Positions 20,051 through 30,259 of a stretch of 64,000 bases of DNA are shown here, piece by piece. The first letter of the stretch is position 1. The number at the start of each line of letters is the position of its first letter. The stretch covers positions 1,792,001 through 1,856,000 of the forward strand of contig OZ244042.1 in assembly GCA_965215015.1 (NCBI GenBank), read 5' to 3'. A program made the position numbers and the translations under genes. The notes beneath the pieces were generated by a model that did no database searches, had not been told where the DNA came from, and saw only the letters and a program-made list of their open reading frames with translations. The stretch comes from Candidatus Poribacteria bacterium. GTDB lineage: Bacteria; Poribacteria; WGA-4E; PCPOR2b.

Positions 20051-20300
20051 AGCAAATCTCCTTGTATATGTGTAGGTTAATTTTTTAAAACCGATAAGGC
20101 ACCAGAAACCGAGCTCTTAGCAAAAACTCGGTTTCTCTATCCTTAACGCAAGCTGCACATGTCGCCCCACTGGGGCTTTGATTTGATATGTGTGGATTAT
20201 GTATCTATACACTTCCTCGTTTATCTGCTTACGATGAAATGTTAATAGAACCTAGACTTGGGTTATCCTTATGTCTATATTCTCCTCCAAGTCAGATTGC

Positions 20301-21776
20301 TTAGTTGATATCGTTGATGTTCTTAGGGTAGGGACGTTGCCAATCTTCCTTACCAAACGTGGGATCACCAGCAAGCGGTTTAGAATAGACCCGTTTGCTC
20401 TCATGAGAGAGGCTTAATGAATTCATAATCTCTCGGGTCAATTCGGCATCCAATCTGATATACTCCTCCAAATATCGGTTGTCTTTCATAAGGTTATGTT
20501 GTTCGTTTGGATCTTCCGACAGATTAAAGAGCAACACCTCGCCGGTCGAGTATTTACACAGCTTCCACTGACCGTCATAAATCATCCAACCGCCCCCGAC
20601 CATGCCGATGACACGCTCCCTGTGATTTTTCCGCGGGATGTCGAGTTCGGGCAACGGTATCGAATCCATGTAGTCAGGGATCTCGCCCCCACCAAAATGT
20701 AGCATTGTTGCGGTCACATCGCCCAATTCCACCAGATCCGTACACGTCCGCGATTGGTCAGTCCAAGGCAGGTGAACTAAGAGCGGGACATGGATACTGG
20801 ATTCAAAGAACGTTCCCTTGCCGATGAAATTGTGATCACCAAGGTAATCACCGTGATCGCTGGAAAAAATGATAATTGTGTTATCTGACAGCTCTTTTTC
20901 GCGCAAGGCATCAAGTATTTGTCCGACTTCGTAGTCAATCTGTTTGACCAACCCTGCATAGTGGGCGCGAATCTTCTTCTTGTGCGCTTCCGTAAATTCG
21001 GTGTAATCGACACCGTTCCACGCTTGACGGTTGCCCTCAATATTTTGCCGACGGAGCCCGGGGGCGTCGCCATCTACTTCCGGGATGGAATCCGGCATGT
21101 CGGCCGGGTCAAAGGCATCTAAAAATTCGGCGTTGGGATCATAAGGACAGTGGGGCCCTGGAAAACCGACCATCATCGCAAAAGGGGTCTCATCGCCGTA
21201 GTTGCGGATAAAACGACACGCCTCCTGCCCCACAAAGTGATCGACCGAATAGCCCCAAGGAATCTTGTTGATGATCGCGCCCCTGTTTTCGTGATAGCCG
21301 CGGTGTTCGTTTCCGTGGAGTTTTCGGTAACCACCTTCCTTCAAAAAGTGATAGTAGTCATCGCGGATCTCCAGCCATCGTTTGTCTTCGGCCGCAACTC
21401 GGTACTGGAATCCCAGATTGATATCCCACGGATAGAAGTGCATCTTGCCGATGGCAGCAGTGTAATAGCCCTGTTTGGATAGCGTTTGGGGCCATGTTTC
21501 TATGCCGCCCGCAGCGAGGTCGGGATTTAGCCACTGACCGTTATCTGTCACACCGTTTTTGATTGCGTTGAGACCTGTTAGGAGTGACGCTCTGGCTGGC
21601 ACACATATTGGCGAGGCAGAATAGGCGCGCTCGTAACGCACACCGGACTCCGCAATGCTGTCGATATGGGGTGTATCAATGAAGGTTGCACCGTAGCAGC
21701 TCAGGAAATCCGCCCGCAGCTGATCGGGCATGATGAAAAGCAGATTCGGCTTCTTCGCCGTTTGGGGTTCGGACAT
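20301..21776 (-). CDS. sulfatase (Cys-type)
   Basis: DQLR, CVPARASLLTG, GKMH, SDHG; start at MSEPQ after GAGGAG. Confidence 0.92.
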   Translation of the reverse strand: MSEPQTAKKPNLLFIMPDQLRADFLSCYGATFIDTPHIDSIAESGVRYERAYSASPICVPARASLLTGLNAIKNGVTDNGQWLNPDLAAGGIETWPQTLSKQGYYTAAIGKMHFYPWDINLGFQYRVAAEDKRWLEIRDDYYHFLKEGGYRKLHGNEHRGYHENRGAIINKIPWGYSVDHFVGQEACRFIRNYGDETPFAMMVGFPGPHCPYDPNAEFLDAFDPADMPDSIPEVDGDAPGLRRQNIEGNRQAWNGVDYTEFTEAHKKKIRAHYAGLVKQIDYEVGQILDALREKELSDNTIIIFSSDHGDYLGDHNFIGKGTFFESSIHVPLLVHLPWTDQSRTCTDLVELGDVTATMLHFGGGEIPDYMDSIPLPELDIPRKNHRERVIGMVGGGWMIYDGQWKLCKYSTGEVLLFNLSEDPNEQHNLMKDNRYLEEYIRLDAELTREIMNSLSLSHESKRVYSKPLAGDPTFGKEDWQRPYPKNINDIN

Positions 21777-21807
21777 TTGATTCTCCTCAAAAGTTGCATG
21801 ATTCATA

Positions 21808-23010
21808 CTAAGAAACAGGGCGACGCTTCCCTATTCCTTCACGTCTCGCTACCTCGGAGATGAGATGCGTTGGGCGACGACGGTTGGGATTGGCGATTGC
21901 CCGCGGCGTGTCCCCACCTAGCGTTTCCGCTGAACGGATATATAGGCTACGATCGATAAGCGGGAGGTCTACCCGCACATTGCCCCGGCGGTGCGATTCA
22001 CGGATGGCGATGGCGAGTTCCAACAGATGGCGTCCCATATCGCCAGAACAGTTGGGCGTTTTACCCGTTTCAATACAGGTGATGGCATCCTTGACCTGTC
22101 CCACACCAGCACTCCAGATGCGTTGGGGACGCGGAAAGATGTGCCGCACCGGCGTGGCGGGCGCGTCGTCGGTGACGTGTCCCATTTTCCACAACTCGAA
22201 CTCATAGCCGTCGTTGGCGTTGCGGAGGTGAATCGTGCCGCGTTCACCGATTGCGTCAAGCGTCCATGTTGATGCCCCGCTCGGCAGCATGCGGCAGAAC
22301 CCGCGGACACCGTTTTCAAATGCTAGATAGGCGTTGCCTGCAAGGTCTGTATCGCCCGCGGCCTTTTCGTCGCTCTCTACCTCTCCCACAACCCAAGAAA
22401 CACGTTCACTCCCACCAGCCAGAACACACATCGCGCCGAGCCAGTGGACACCCATGTGGGACAGATTTCCCGCGCCGTGGGCGGTTATTTGCAGCATCAC
22501 CCCCAGCATACCTTCGTCGATAAGTGCCCGTGCCCTGCGATAGTATACATCAGAGGCGCGCATTGCGTTCATCATGAGGATGATACCAGCCTCGCGGCAG
22601 CCTTCGACCATCGCATCGGCGTCCTCCAGAGAAATCGCCATCGGCTTCTCCACCCAGATGCACTTCACACCGGTCCGCCCCTCACGTACCATACGCACGA
22701 TGTCCAGCGTAATCTTTGCGCGTGGCGCAGCGGAGGTGCAAATGCTCACGATGTCGGGCTTCTCGCGCTCAAGCATTTCCTCGTAGCTCTCATAAAGATG
22801 TGCGTCTTCAATGGTCCAGCGTTCACCAAATGCCTCACGTTGTTCGGCGTATAGGTCCGCGGCACCGACCACCTCTACTTCTGGTACGTCCATGTAGCTG
22901 CCCATGTGGCTGAACGGCACAAGCCAGCCATCGCCCACCACTTCGTCGTCGATGGTATCTGCGATACGTCCTAAACCGATAAGGGCTGCTCGATAACGTT
23001 TGTCGGTCAT
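21808..23010 (-). CDS. Gfo/Idh/MocA family oxidoreductase
   Basis: GLGRIA, VEKPMA, HMGVH. Confidence 0.85.
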   Translation of the reverse strand: MTDKRYRAALIGLGRIADTIDDEVVGDGWLVPFSHMGSYMDVPEVEVVGAADLYAEQREAFGERWTIEDAHLYESYEEMLEREKPDIVSICTSAAPRAKITLDIVRMVREGRTGVKCIWVEKPMAISLEDADAMVEGCREAGIILMMNAMRASDVYYRRARALIDEGMLGVMLQITAHGAGNLSHMGVHWLGAMCVLAGGSERVSWVVGEVESDEKAAGDTDLAGNAYLAFENGVRGFCRMLPSGASTWTLDAIGERGTIHLRNANDGYEFELWKMGHVTDDAPATPVRHIFPRPQRIWSAGVGQVKDAITCIETGKTPNCSGDMGRHLLELAIAIRESHRRGNVRVDLPLIDRSLYIRSAETLGGDTPRAIANPNRRRPTHLISEVARREGIGKRRPVS

Positions 23011-23112
23011 ATCGTTCTCCTAAATACCCGATGTGTCGCGCTATCGCCTCTGGTTTATTGAGCCAAGGCACTCTGACGCGACGCTGTTGGTATCTTCTAT
23101 TTTTCAACTCTT

Positions 23113-24639
23113 CTACGAATCCACGATTGGCGGATGGTTTCCAAGGATAGTCGGTGTAAGCCCAGGTATCTCCGTATCGATCGGAAAGTAGGGGCGTTTG
23201 AGATGTTTGTAGGGCAGGTGACGGCATGTCGCCGGTGTTGCGCCGGGCGTGTCAAGGATAAAAGCTGCTTTGGCAATCTCACCGTAAGCGAGGCGATAGT
23301 TCATCGGATTTTTGACGACGATGAACTTGGCATCAGGGGGCTGCAGTTCCATAGAACGAAATTGCTCATCCGCCCAGTCATAGGTGCCGTGGGTGGCAAT
23401 AAGTATCTGAATCCCACCTATTGTCAACACCGCCGATGGGCCCATGTTGCCCTCAACGCCATCCCAAATCCCACCGATATAGCGGAAGCGACCGTCACTC
23501 AAGCGAGTGACAGTTCCCGTAACAATCACCGGTTTACCCCAGCGCGGGTCCAACCGATGTCCCAGCGCAACTGTAACTTCCTGACCAACATCGGCTCGAT
23601 GACAAGCGGCGGCAGCTTCCGGATCCGCCACAGGTACGAGTGAAGGCCCTGTTACCTCTGCGTCAAGTAGTGCCATCAATGTGGCAACACTATCCCCCGC
23701 TGCACCGCCGCCACAACAATCCGCCGCTTCTACCAAGAGCACCGGACCACCATCTATCTCCAAACCCTTGGCAATGGCTTCGCTTGGGGTGTGGATATCG
23801 GGTTCAAGGTCAAACCGCCGCGTCCAGTACTGCCCGGCAAGCTGAGTTGCAAGCGATACCGCTGTCTCCATATCGTTATCTGTGATTACCAATGCACCGC
23901 TGCCCATGTCCGGCTGATCTAAGTAAGGATGAACCAAGAAAACGCTAGTGGACAGAACACCATCACGCCCTTCGTGTGCTTTGGCGGCACGCATAATCTG
24001 GGCAAAGGGGCCATCGCCTTCGGTCGAGCCGTGGATTGCGCCAGTAATCACCGGCACCTTCGCCATCGCCATGGTTGGACGGCAGCGTCCCGCCAGGGTA
24101 TCGCAGAGTAGTCGGGCACCGCGCACGCCGGTGGTAAACGTATCGCGGTGGGGATAGGTTTCCCACGCAACCAGCCCATCGGCGAAACGGGCCATGTCGG
24201 CGGTGACATGTGCGTGTAGGTCAAGTGTGACGACAATCGGTATCGCCTCCCCGACAATTGCACGCACCGCTTTGATGAGATCGCCCTCCGGGTCACCGAT
24301 GTTTTCAACTGTCGCAGCACCGTGCAGCGGCAACAACACACCATCAACGGGTAAGGCTGCATGTAAGCGGTCTATAAGTTCCGTCTTCAGTTGAGTATAA
24401 CACTCGGCAGTCAGGGGACCGCCGGGGCAGGTACTCGCGTAAATCAAGGGAACGACATCCGCTCCGTATTCGCGCATCACCTGCATCATCCCACCTACCA
24501 CGCCGGCGTCAACCAGTAAGACCTCTTCCCCCCGACATAGCTCATAACGCTCAAACCAGCCTATATCGATGGGCACTCCGCCAAATTCGTTGCACTCGGT
24601 GAGAATGGATCCGAGTGCAACGCGCGCTTTACCTTTCAT
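23113..24639 (-). CDS. MlrC/M81 family metallopeptidase
   Basis: ECNEF, LHGA, DLHAH, YPHRD, GGGAAGD. Confidence 0.88.
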   Translation of the reverse strand: MKGKARVALGSILTECNEFGGVPIDIGWFERYELCRGEEVLLVDAGVVGGMMQVMREYGADVVPLIYASTCPGGPLTAECYTQLKTELIDRLHAALPVDGVLLPLHGAATVENIGDPEGDLIKAVRAIVGEAIPIVVTLDLHAHVTADMARFADGLVAWETYPHRDTFTTGVRGARLLCDTLAGRCRPTMAMAKVPVITGAIHGSTEGDGPFAQIMRAAKAHEGRDGVLSTSVFLVHPYLDQPDMGSGALVITDNDMETAVSLATQLAGQYWTRRFDLEPDIHTPSEAIAKGLEIDGGPVLLVEAADCCGGGAAGDSVATLMALLDAEVTGPSLVPVADPEAAAACHRADVGQEVTVALGHRLDPRWGKPVIVTGTVTRLSDGRFRYIGGIWDGVEGNMGPSAVLTIGGIQILIATHGTYDWADEQFRSMELQPPDAKFIVVKNPMNYRLAYGEIAKAAFILDTPGATPATCRHLPYKHLKRPYFPIDTEIPGLTPTILGNHPPIVDS

Positions 24640-24931
24640 AACGATTCTCCGATTATATCCTTAACCGGTTAGGAGTTACGCCCTTGAGCTTGTAATAACA
24701 CCATTCAACCTGCGTCCAAAGTAGCATACTCCGTCTGCCATCCCCCACTTGCGGGGGGTGGTTCGTAGTAGCGCAATTCATTTCATAACGATTCTCCGAT
24801 TATATCCTTAACCGGTTAGGAGTTATGCCCTTGAGCTTGTAATAACACCATTCAACCCGTGTCCAAAGTAGCATACCCCGTCTGCTGTCCCCCCCGCTTG
24901 CGGGGGGTGGTTCGTAGTAGCGCAATTCATT
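24634..24931. repeat. about 147-bp tandem duplication covering the MlrC-like start codon/RBS and REP elements
   Basis: TTTCATAACGATTCTCCGATTATATCC... starts at 24634 and again at 24781, with several substitutions. Confidence 0.85.
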
Positions 24932-25122
24932 GCGCGTGGAATGGCCAACCCCCCTAACTCCTCACAAACAGGCGGATGGCACGGGGGCGTGCTACTATTA
25001 TAGAAGTCCAGGCTCAATTCACCAAACACGGTCGCACAACATACCGGGTATTTGATGAGTCCCCGAACTACGAGGCCTAAACATTCAACTGAGTAAGCCC
25101 TACCAGTTTCTAACGCTCGCAA

Positions 25123-25992
25123 CTACGCGGGGGCACCGACAGGTTCACCGTCTTGGCAGACTCTAGGGAAATGTTCGCCAGCTTCAGCCATAGGCTCGCC
25201 ATCTTCCAGTGTTACAAACTGCTTCATTAAATGCTGACCGCTTGCCACAAAACGCGATTCCCCGGTCATGTAGTGAATAGCGATAGCGCGCCGTGGTCGA
25301 TCTGAGTGGTTGAAAGGCGAACCGTGCCAAGTCAGAGAATGATGGAATGACACCTCACCACTCTTGACGGGCCTGGGTTGTGGGACCACAGCTTTGACTT
25401 CAGAATCGGCGGGCGGGGAAAACCCTTGAATGTCCATGAATTCTTCGCGCTGTTCAAGGTGTTGTTGGGTGCGAAGAAAATCCATCTGATCCCCCCATTT
25501 GTAGCTGCCGGGCACCATCCACATACAACCATTGTCCTCGTCGGCATCATCCAAGGCGATCCACGCTGATACAGGCGTCATCGGGAGGATAATGGGCCAC
25601 AGCGGGGCATCTTGGTGCCATCGGGTTGCACCACCGTGGTTGGGGGGTTTGTACTGAATCTGGTCGTGCCAGACCATTAGATCGGGGGCATCCGTCAACT
25701 GACTTATTCCCTTAACGATGGCTGGGTGATAGATCAACCGTCTAAAGGCTGAGGACGCCTCCCAGATATTGACAATTTGCCAAACGGCGAGTGCAGCAAG
25801 TTCGTCACCTCGCTGGGACATGTTGCGAAACGACACCGGCTGCGGCTCCTCGCTGGCAAAGCCATCGGGCCCTTTCTCCAAGATGCAATCTAAATCCGCC
25901 CTCAGTCCCTCCAATTCATCATCGGTGAGGATGCAACCACCGTTAAGGAAGCCGTTGCGATGAAACTCGTCAATTTGCGATGGTGTTAGCAT
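25123..25992 (-). CDS. PhyH family 2OG-Fe(II) dioxygenase
   Basis: WHQD, AWIALDDA-x-x-x-NGC, PGS, WHGS-x-x-N-x-S-x-x-x-RR. Confidence 0.9.
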   Translation of the reverse strand: MLTPSQIDEFHRNGFLNGGCILTDDELEGLRADLDCILEKGPDGFASEEPQPVSFRNMSQRGDELAALAVWQIVNIWEASSAFRRLIYHPAIVKGISQLTDAPDLMVWHDQIQYKPPNHGGATRWHQDAPLWPIILPMTPVSAWIALDDADEDNGCMWMVPGSYKWGDQMDFLRTQQHLEQREEFMDIQGFSPPADSEVKAVVPQPRPVKSGEVSFHHSLTWHGSPFNHSDRPRRAIAIHYMTGESRFVASGQHLMKQFVTLEDGEPMAEAGEHFPRVCQDGEPVGAPA

Positions 25993-26125
25993 AGCGATAC
26001 ATCTCCATATTTATAGTTTGCCCCGGACAGCGTGATAGTTGTAACTGCAAAGCTTCCGCCTATACAGTGTTTCCTTACCCTACTAAGGAAGGGCAGCGGC
26101 TGGCAGATTAACAAAACAGCAGAGG

Positions 26126-27013
26126 CTACCTCTCCCCCGGATTCGACATTCCACCTGCTTCCCAACGTTCGGACAACGCTGCACACTCGGCAGCGACCTG
26201 TTCTGCTGTCTCTTCTGTACGTCCCGCCAACGCCTCTATCGTCCACGCACCGTCAAAGCCAATCGCTGAAAGTGCCTCCCCCAAGGCAGACCAGTCAATG
26301 ACGCCGTGTCCCGGAACCCAGTGACAGTCAGCCTGTCCATCGACATCCTGTATGTGCAGCGCATAAAGCCTTTCTGAGGCGATCCGTGCCTGCTCCGCCG
26401 GATCGAGACCACTGATACAGGCGTGACCTGTGTCCAAGCAAAGCCCCACATGTTCAGGTGGAAAGCCAGCGATGAACGCGCGTAGTTCCTCCATAGACCT
26501 CAGTGGACGACACGGCAAGCTTGTATTCGGTAGGTTCTCCAGTGCAATACGGACTCCGGTTTCCGCCGCAACCGGAACCAATTCACTCACAGAGCGATGG
26601 ATACGTTCCGCCGCCGCGCCGATGTTCTCCAATGCGTAAGGCGGTTCTTCGGGGCTGGGGCTGCCTGTTGGGTGGACAATCGCAGCCCGCCCACCAAGCT
26701 CCCCGAGAAACCGCATTGCATCCCCAATACGCGCAACGCTGTCCCGCCGAATCGCCTCGATCGAGCTTGCCAAATTCACGCCCGACATAGGTGTGTGTAT
26801 TGTGTGGGGAAAGATCTTAAATCGCTCCAACGCATCACGACACGGCCCCGCGTCGTGTGAACCCGGCTGCTGCCACTCATCGCCTTCAGCCATCAGTTCG
26901 GTTTCGCTGAAACCAGCGGCAGCGATCGACTCAAGTGCCGCTACGGGGTCATGTCTGGCTTCGCTCTCCGCGTCAAGAAAGAAAAGCCCCGAAGCTAAAC
27001 TGTATGTAGCCAC
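26126..27013 (-). CDS. sugar phosphate isomerase/epimerase (TIM barrel)
   Basis: IALENL, LDTGH, HIQD, H-x-x-PG-x-G-x-IDW, TIE. Confidence 0.85.
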   Translation of the reverse strand: MATYSLASGLFFLDAESEARHDPVAALESIAAAGFSETELMAEGDEWQQPGSHDAGPCRDALERFKIFPHTIHTPMSGVNLASSIEAIRRDSVARIGDAMRFLGELGGRAAIVHPTGSPSPEEPPYALENIGAAAERIHRSVSELVPVAAETGVRIALENLPNTSLPCRPLRSMEELRAFIAGFPPEHVGLCLDTGHACISGLDPAEQARIASERLYALHIQDVDGQADCHWVPGHGVIDWSALGEALSAIGFDGAWTIEALAGRTEETAEQVAAECAALSERWEAGGMSNPGER

Positions 27014-27047
27014 TATAACCTCCTACTTTTATTATTTAGTAGATGAC

Positions 27048-27728
27048 CTACGCTTCATCAAGCATCTGTTGAATGCGCTCCGTAACGCCTACGACAACGG
27101 CGTCGAGAATCTGTCCGCCCTTCGGGATACTTGCCAACTTTGCGTTGTCGTAGTTGACCTCGTCCGCGCGGATACGCTCCGGAAAAACGACCATCGCAAA
27201 TGAGGTCTCAAACTCACCGGCGTGGCCCGCACTCCGCTCCAACTCTAGATTCGCCTCATAAAAGGATTGCGGAGCAGTCTCCCAATAGGTCACATACGTG
27301 ACACCCATATCATCAAGCCGCTTCATCTGGTCGGGAGCGACAGGCTCCAGATTCTCTCGCTTGTTGCCACCGTGCCCGTTGAGCACCATGACTTTCGGGA
27401 CACCTAACCGTTTCAGGCTATGACACACATCGTGGACATATTCAAGATGGATCTCCGGACGTATCGTCAAAGCACCGCCCCGATTCATGTGGTGCTCCGA
27501 CACAGACATGGGGACGGTGGGTGTGACCAGCACATGGGGATAAAAGTTCGTCGCAGCCCGCTTGGCAATTTCTGTGACACTGGCAGTATCGTGAATCATT
27601 GCCAGATGGTCTTGATGCTGTTCGCAGGCACCTGTTGGGACAATTGCCCCCTTCACAGTGCCGCTGGAGATGGCTTCCCCCAGTTCTTTCCGTGTCAGTT
27701 CACCTAAAAATACGTTGTTGTCTAGCAT
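27048..27728 (-). CDS. creatininase family protein
   Basis: PTGACEQH, SEHH, NGHGGN, HAGEFETS; start at MLDNN. Confidence 0.88.
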   Translation of the reverse strand: MLDNNVFLGELTRKELGEAISSGTVKGAIVPTGACEQHQDHLAMIHDTASVTEIAKRAATNFYPHVLVTPTVPMSVSEHHMNRGGALTIRPEIHLEYVHDVCHSLKRLGVPKVMVLNGHGGNKRENLEPVAPDQMKRLDDMGVTYVTYWETAPQSFYEANLELERSAGHAGEFETSFAMVVFPERIRADEVNYDNAKLASIPKGGQILDAVVVGVTERIQQMLDEA

Positions 27729-28238
27729 TGATATTCCCTCTGATTTGTTAAAGCAACGGTTATGCAAAAAAAATAGTGCATATTGCACCAATGGTGCGAG
27801 TTTGCAACTGTTAATACACTCTCCAATTAAAGACCAAGCCTGAAACCGACAGTAGTAGGCATACGCCGTATACCCTCCCCGTTGTCCCAATGACAGCACG
27901 GCGGAGCGTGTCTACTACTTTAGGATTAGCTGTCACCGCCCGAGGAATCGGACGGTGAGCGGTATCTTCACCTAATTTGTAATCATGGCGCAGAGTCTGA
28001 CCTCGCTGAAATCAGGGTTGCCTAAAGCACCAACATAGGACTTCTGTCTGTCAATTTTCCAAAATTGACACTATGGACATTTCGGTGTCGAGGTATGTAT
28101 CTTGACCGATGTGGAAACCACAACTTCACCAACTTGCACCAAAGATTATTGAGGATAGGAATTAGTTGGGCACGAAGGAAGAGTAGAAGAATGGGAGATG
28201 CCCCTCCTACCTGTGTGGTCTATATCGCAAAATTTCAA

Positions 28239-28766
28239 TCACCTGCGTTTTTTGTCCATAATAATGTCGGACCACCCCTCAAGGTCATTAAAAGATTCCG
28301 TATGGGAGTGCGGCAATGATTCAGTAATTTTGTTGATTGAATCTGTATCCAACTGAATCATTGATTGGAGGAGCGGGCCTATTGCCCGTTCACGACTCTT
28401 GGCTGTTATCATAGGTAAGCCGTGATTCTGTGCAAAGTTACGAATATCTCCCAGGCGCGGCAGAACGGTTTTGGATAGAAGCGTATTATGGAACCGAGTT
28501 AGAGCTTGATGTTTTTCTGGGTCTTCAGACTTGATGCGCTCCAATTCCGATTTTATGGCATGGCGCGGTCGCCGTTGCCGCTTACCACCTTGCTCGAATC
28601 CAGCCGTCCGAGCTGCGAGCGAACTCTCTCTTAGAAAATTCTCCCATAATTGAATGGTTTCAGGTGAAGAAAGCAGATCCGCAAGCTCCTCAAACGGCTT
28701 TGTTCCGTACTTGTCGAATAACTTAGCCAGGTCTATCAATAGTTCTTTCTGTTGTCGTGTAATCAT
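28239..28766 (-). CDS. hypothetical protein, possible ParA partner
   Basis: 175-aa helical ORF, co-oriented downstream of the ParA gene. Confidence 0.6.
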   Translation of the reverse strand: MITRQQKELLIDLAKLFDKYGTKPFEELADLLSSPETIQLWENFLRESSLAARTAGFEQGGKRQRRPRHAIKSELERIKSEDPEKHQALTRFHNTLLSKTVLPRLGDIRNFAQNHGLPMITAKSRERAIGPLLQSMIQLDTDSINKITESLPHSHTESFNDLEGWSDIIMDKKRR

Positions 28767-28902
28767 AATCTGATTGAACCCCTAATCCTGAGAATCCTGA
28801 TGCACATTCATGTTCTTAACCGCTTGTTAGGCCTCTGGGCTTGCCCTAACAATCTTCCTCACAGGCGTTGAAGGTTGACAAATCCCATCTGTTTGACGCT
28901 GA

Positions 28903-29481
28903 TCATGATTCCCTCCGCTCATGTTGTGTTAAGTGATCAATGTGATTCTGGTTGAGTTGTCGGATGCTCGATTCTATGTCCGATAGGCGTTGGTTCGTTT
29001 CGGCTTGCATGTCAGACAAACGCTGATTGGTTTCGGTTCGGACTTCATCAATGCGCTTGTTCGTTTCGTCCAATCGCTGATTGGTTTCGGTTCGGACTTC
29101 ATCAATGCGCTTGTTCGTTTCGTCCAATCGCTGATTGGTTTCGGTTCGGCCTTCATCAACGCGCTTGTTCGTTTCGTCCAATCGCTGATTCATTATGCCG
29201 ATGACTTCAACGAACCGCTTGTCCATCCGGTCTTCGAGGCGTTCAAGGGCGTGAAAGAAGGTCTCGCCTTGCTCTTTGAGTGCAAGATTTATATCGTCGC
29301 CTTGCTCTTTGAGTGCAAGATTTATATCGTCGCCTTGCTTGTCAATTCTCTCGTCGGTTTTGTCCTGGTGTTTTTCCAGCCGTGAGGTGCGATAGAACAG
29401 GATGGCTACCTGTCCTATGAAACCGAGGATGATAAAAAGTACAAGGACGGTGTGTGAGGGGCTCCATTGTAAAAAATCCAT
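28903..29481 (-). CDS. membrane-anchored coiled-coil repeat protein
   Basis: N-terminal TM helix; 3 x 54-bp repeats (29023-29184) and 2 x 33-bp repeats. Confidence 0.75.
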   Translation of the reverse strand: MDFLQWSPSHTVLVLFIILGFIGQVAILFYRTSRLEKHQDKTDERIDKQGDDINLALKEQGDDINLALKEQGETFFHALERLEDRMDKRFVEVIGIMNQRLDETNKRVDEGRTETNQRLDETNKRIDEVRTETNQRLDETNKRIDEVRTETNQRLSDMQAETNQRLSDIESSIRQLNQNHIDHLTQHERRES

Positions 29482-29499
29482 TTGTTGAGTTTCCTTTCT

Positions 29500-29718
29500 T
29501 TATCGCCCTTTTTTTGCGAATTTCCTGCCTGCCTCGAAGGCGAGTCCTCGCAGAAATTCCCTGTTGAATGCTTGATAGTCCGCATTTTTTCTCTCCAGTA
29601 GCCCGATTGCTTGCTTCTGACAACCGATAATTTTTGCGACTTCGGCTTGGGTCTTTCCTTTGAAGCGAAGTTGTGCAATTCGTTCCCAATCTTGGGGTGT
29701 GATTGTTTGCACTGGCAT
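29500..29718 (-). CDS. small helix-turn-helix protein
   Basis: GKTQAEVAKIIGCQKQAI HTH pattern; RBS AAGGAG. Confidence 0.65.
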   Translation of the reverse strand: MPVQTITPQDWERIAQLRFKGKTQAEVAKIIGCQKQAIGLLERKNADYQAFNREFLRGLAFEAGRKFAKKGR

Positions 29719-29854
29719 TGTAAAAATCTCCTTGGAGGGTAATGGGTTGGGGATTACGGGCGCGATGTTGACAAAGCTTATTTTGGCGTTTATACCACAA
29801 AGGATCTATCACATTCATGTTGTCTGAATCAGGATTTTCAGGATTAAAGGATTT

Positions 29855-30259
29855 TCAGGAGTCCTGACAAGCTCTATCTTGGAATTCACTAGCGAAGGCA
29901 CGGAATTCTTGTTTCTTGCACGATCTAGCGTAGGAAGTACCAGAGATTGGTTTGCCTTCACGTGCTCCCTTGGGGTATGAACGCGAGTAAGATATTTCGT
30001 TATCAAACAGGTACCAGTTACGCTTATTTGCTTCTTGGCGTACCATTTGCTTAGCTTTCTCCGCTTCTGGAATATACTCGTCAGATTGATTAAATACAAT
30101 CCCTGCAAGCTGGATCTGTCTATCTGGGTATTTGTCATTGAAGTGCTCCATTGATCGTGCCAAGAGTGGGAGACCAATAGTAGACAGAAATTCGGGTTTG
30201 ACTGGCACTAGCACATAATCGCTCGCTAGACACGCCGCGGTAGTGAACAATGACTCAGT
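29855..30259 (-). pseudogene. diverged tandem duplicate of the 3' 394 bp of the ParA gene
   Basis: aligns to about 30266-30653 at offset 394; open frame TESLF...EFQDRACQDS with no start of its own. Confidence 0.85.

Noticed and set aside
27925-27965. Hairpin TCACCGCCCGA-GGAA-TCGGACGGTGA as an ncRNA or riboswitch
   Set aside because: Single stem with no supporting motif or second copy in the window
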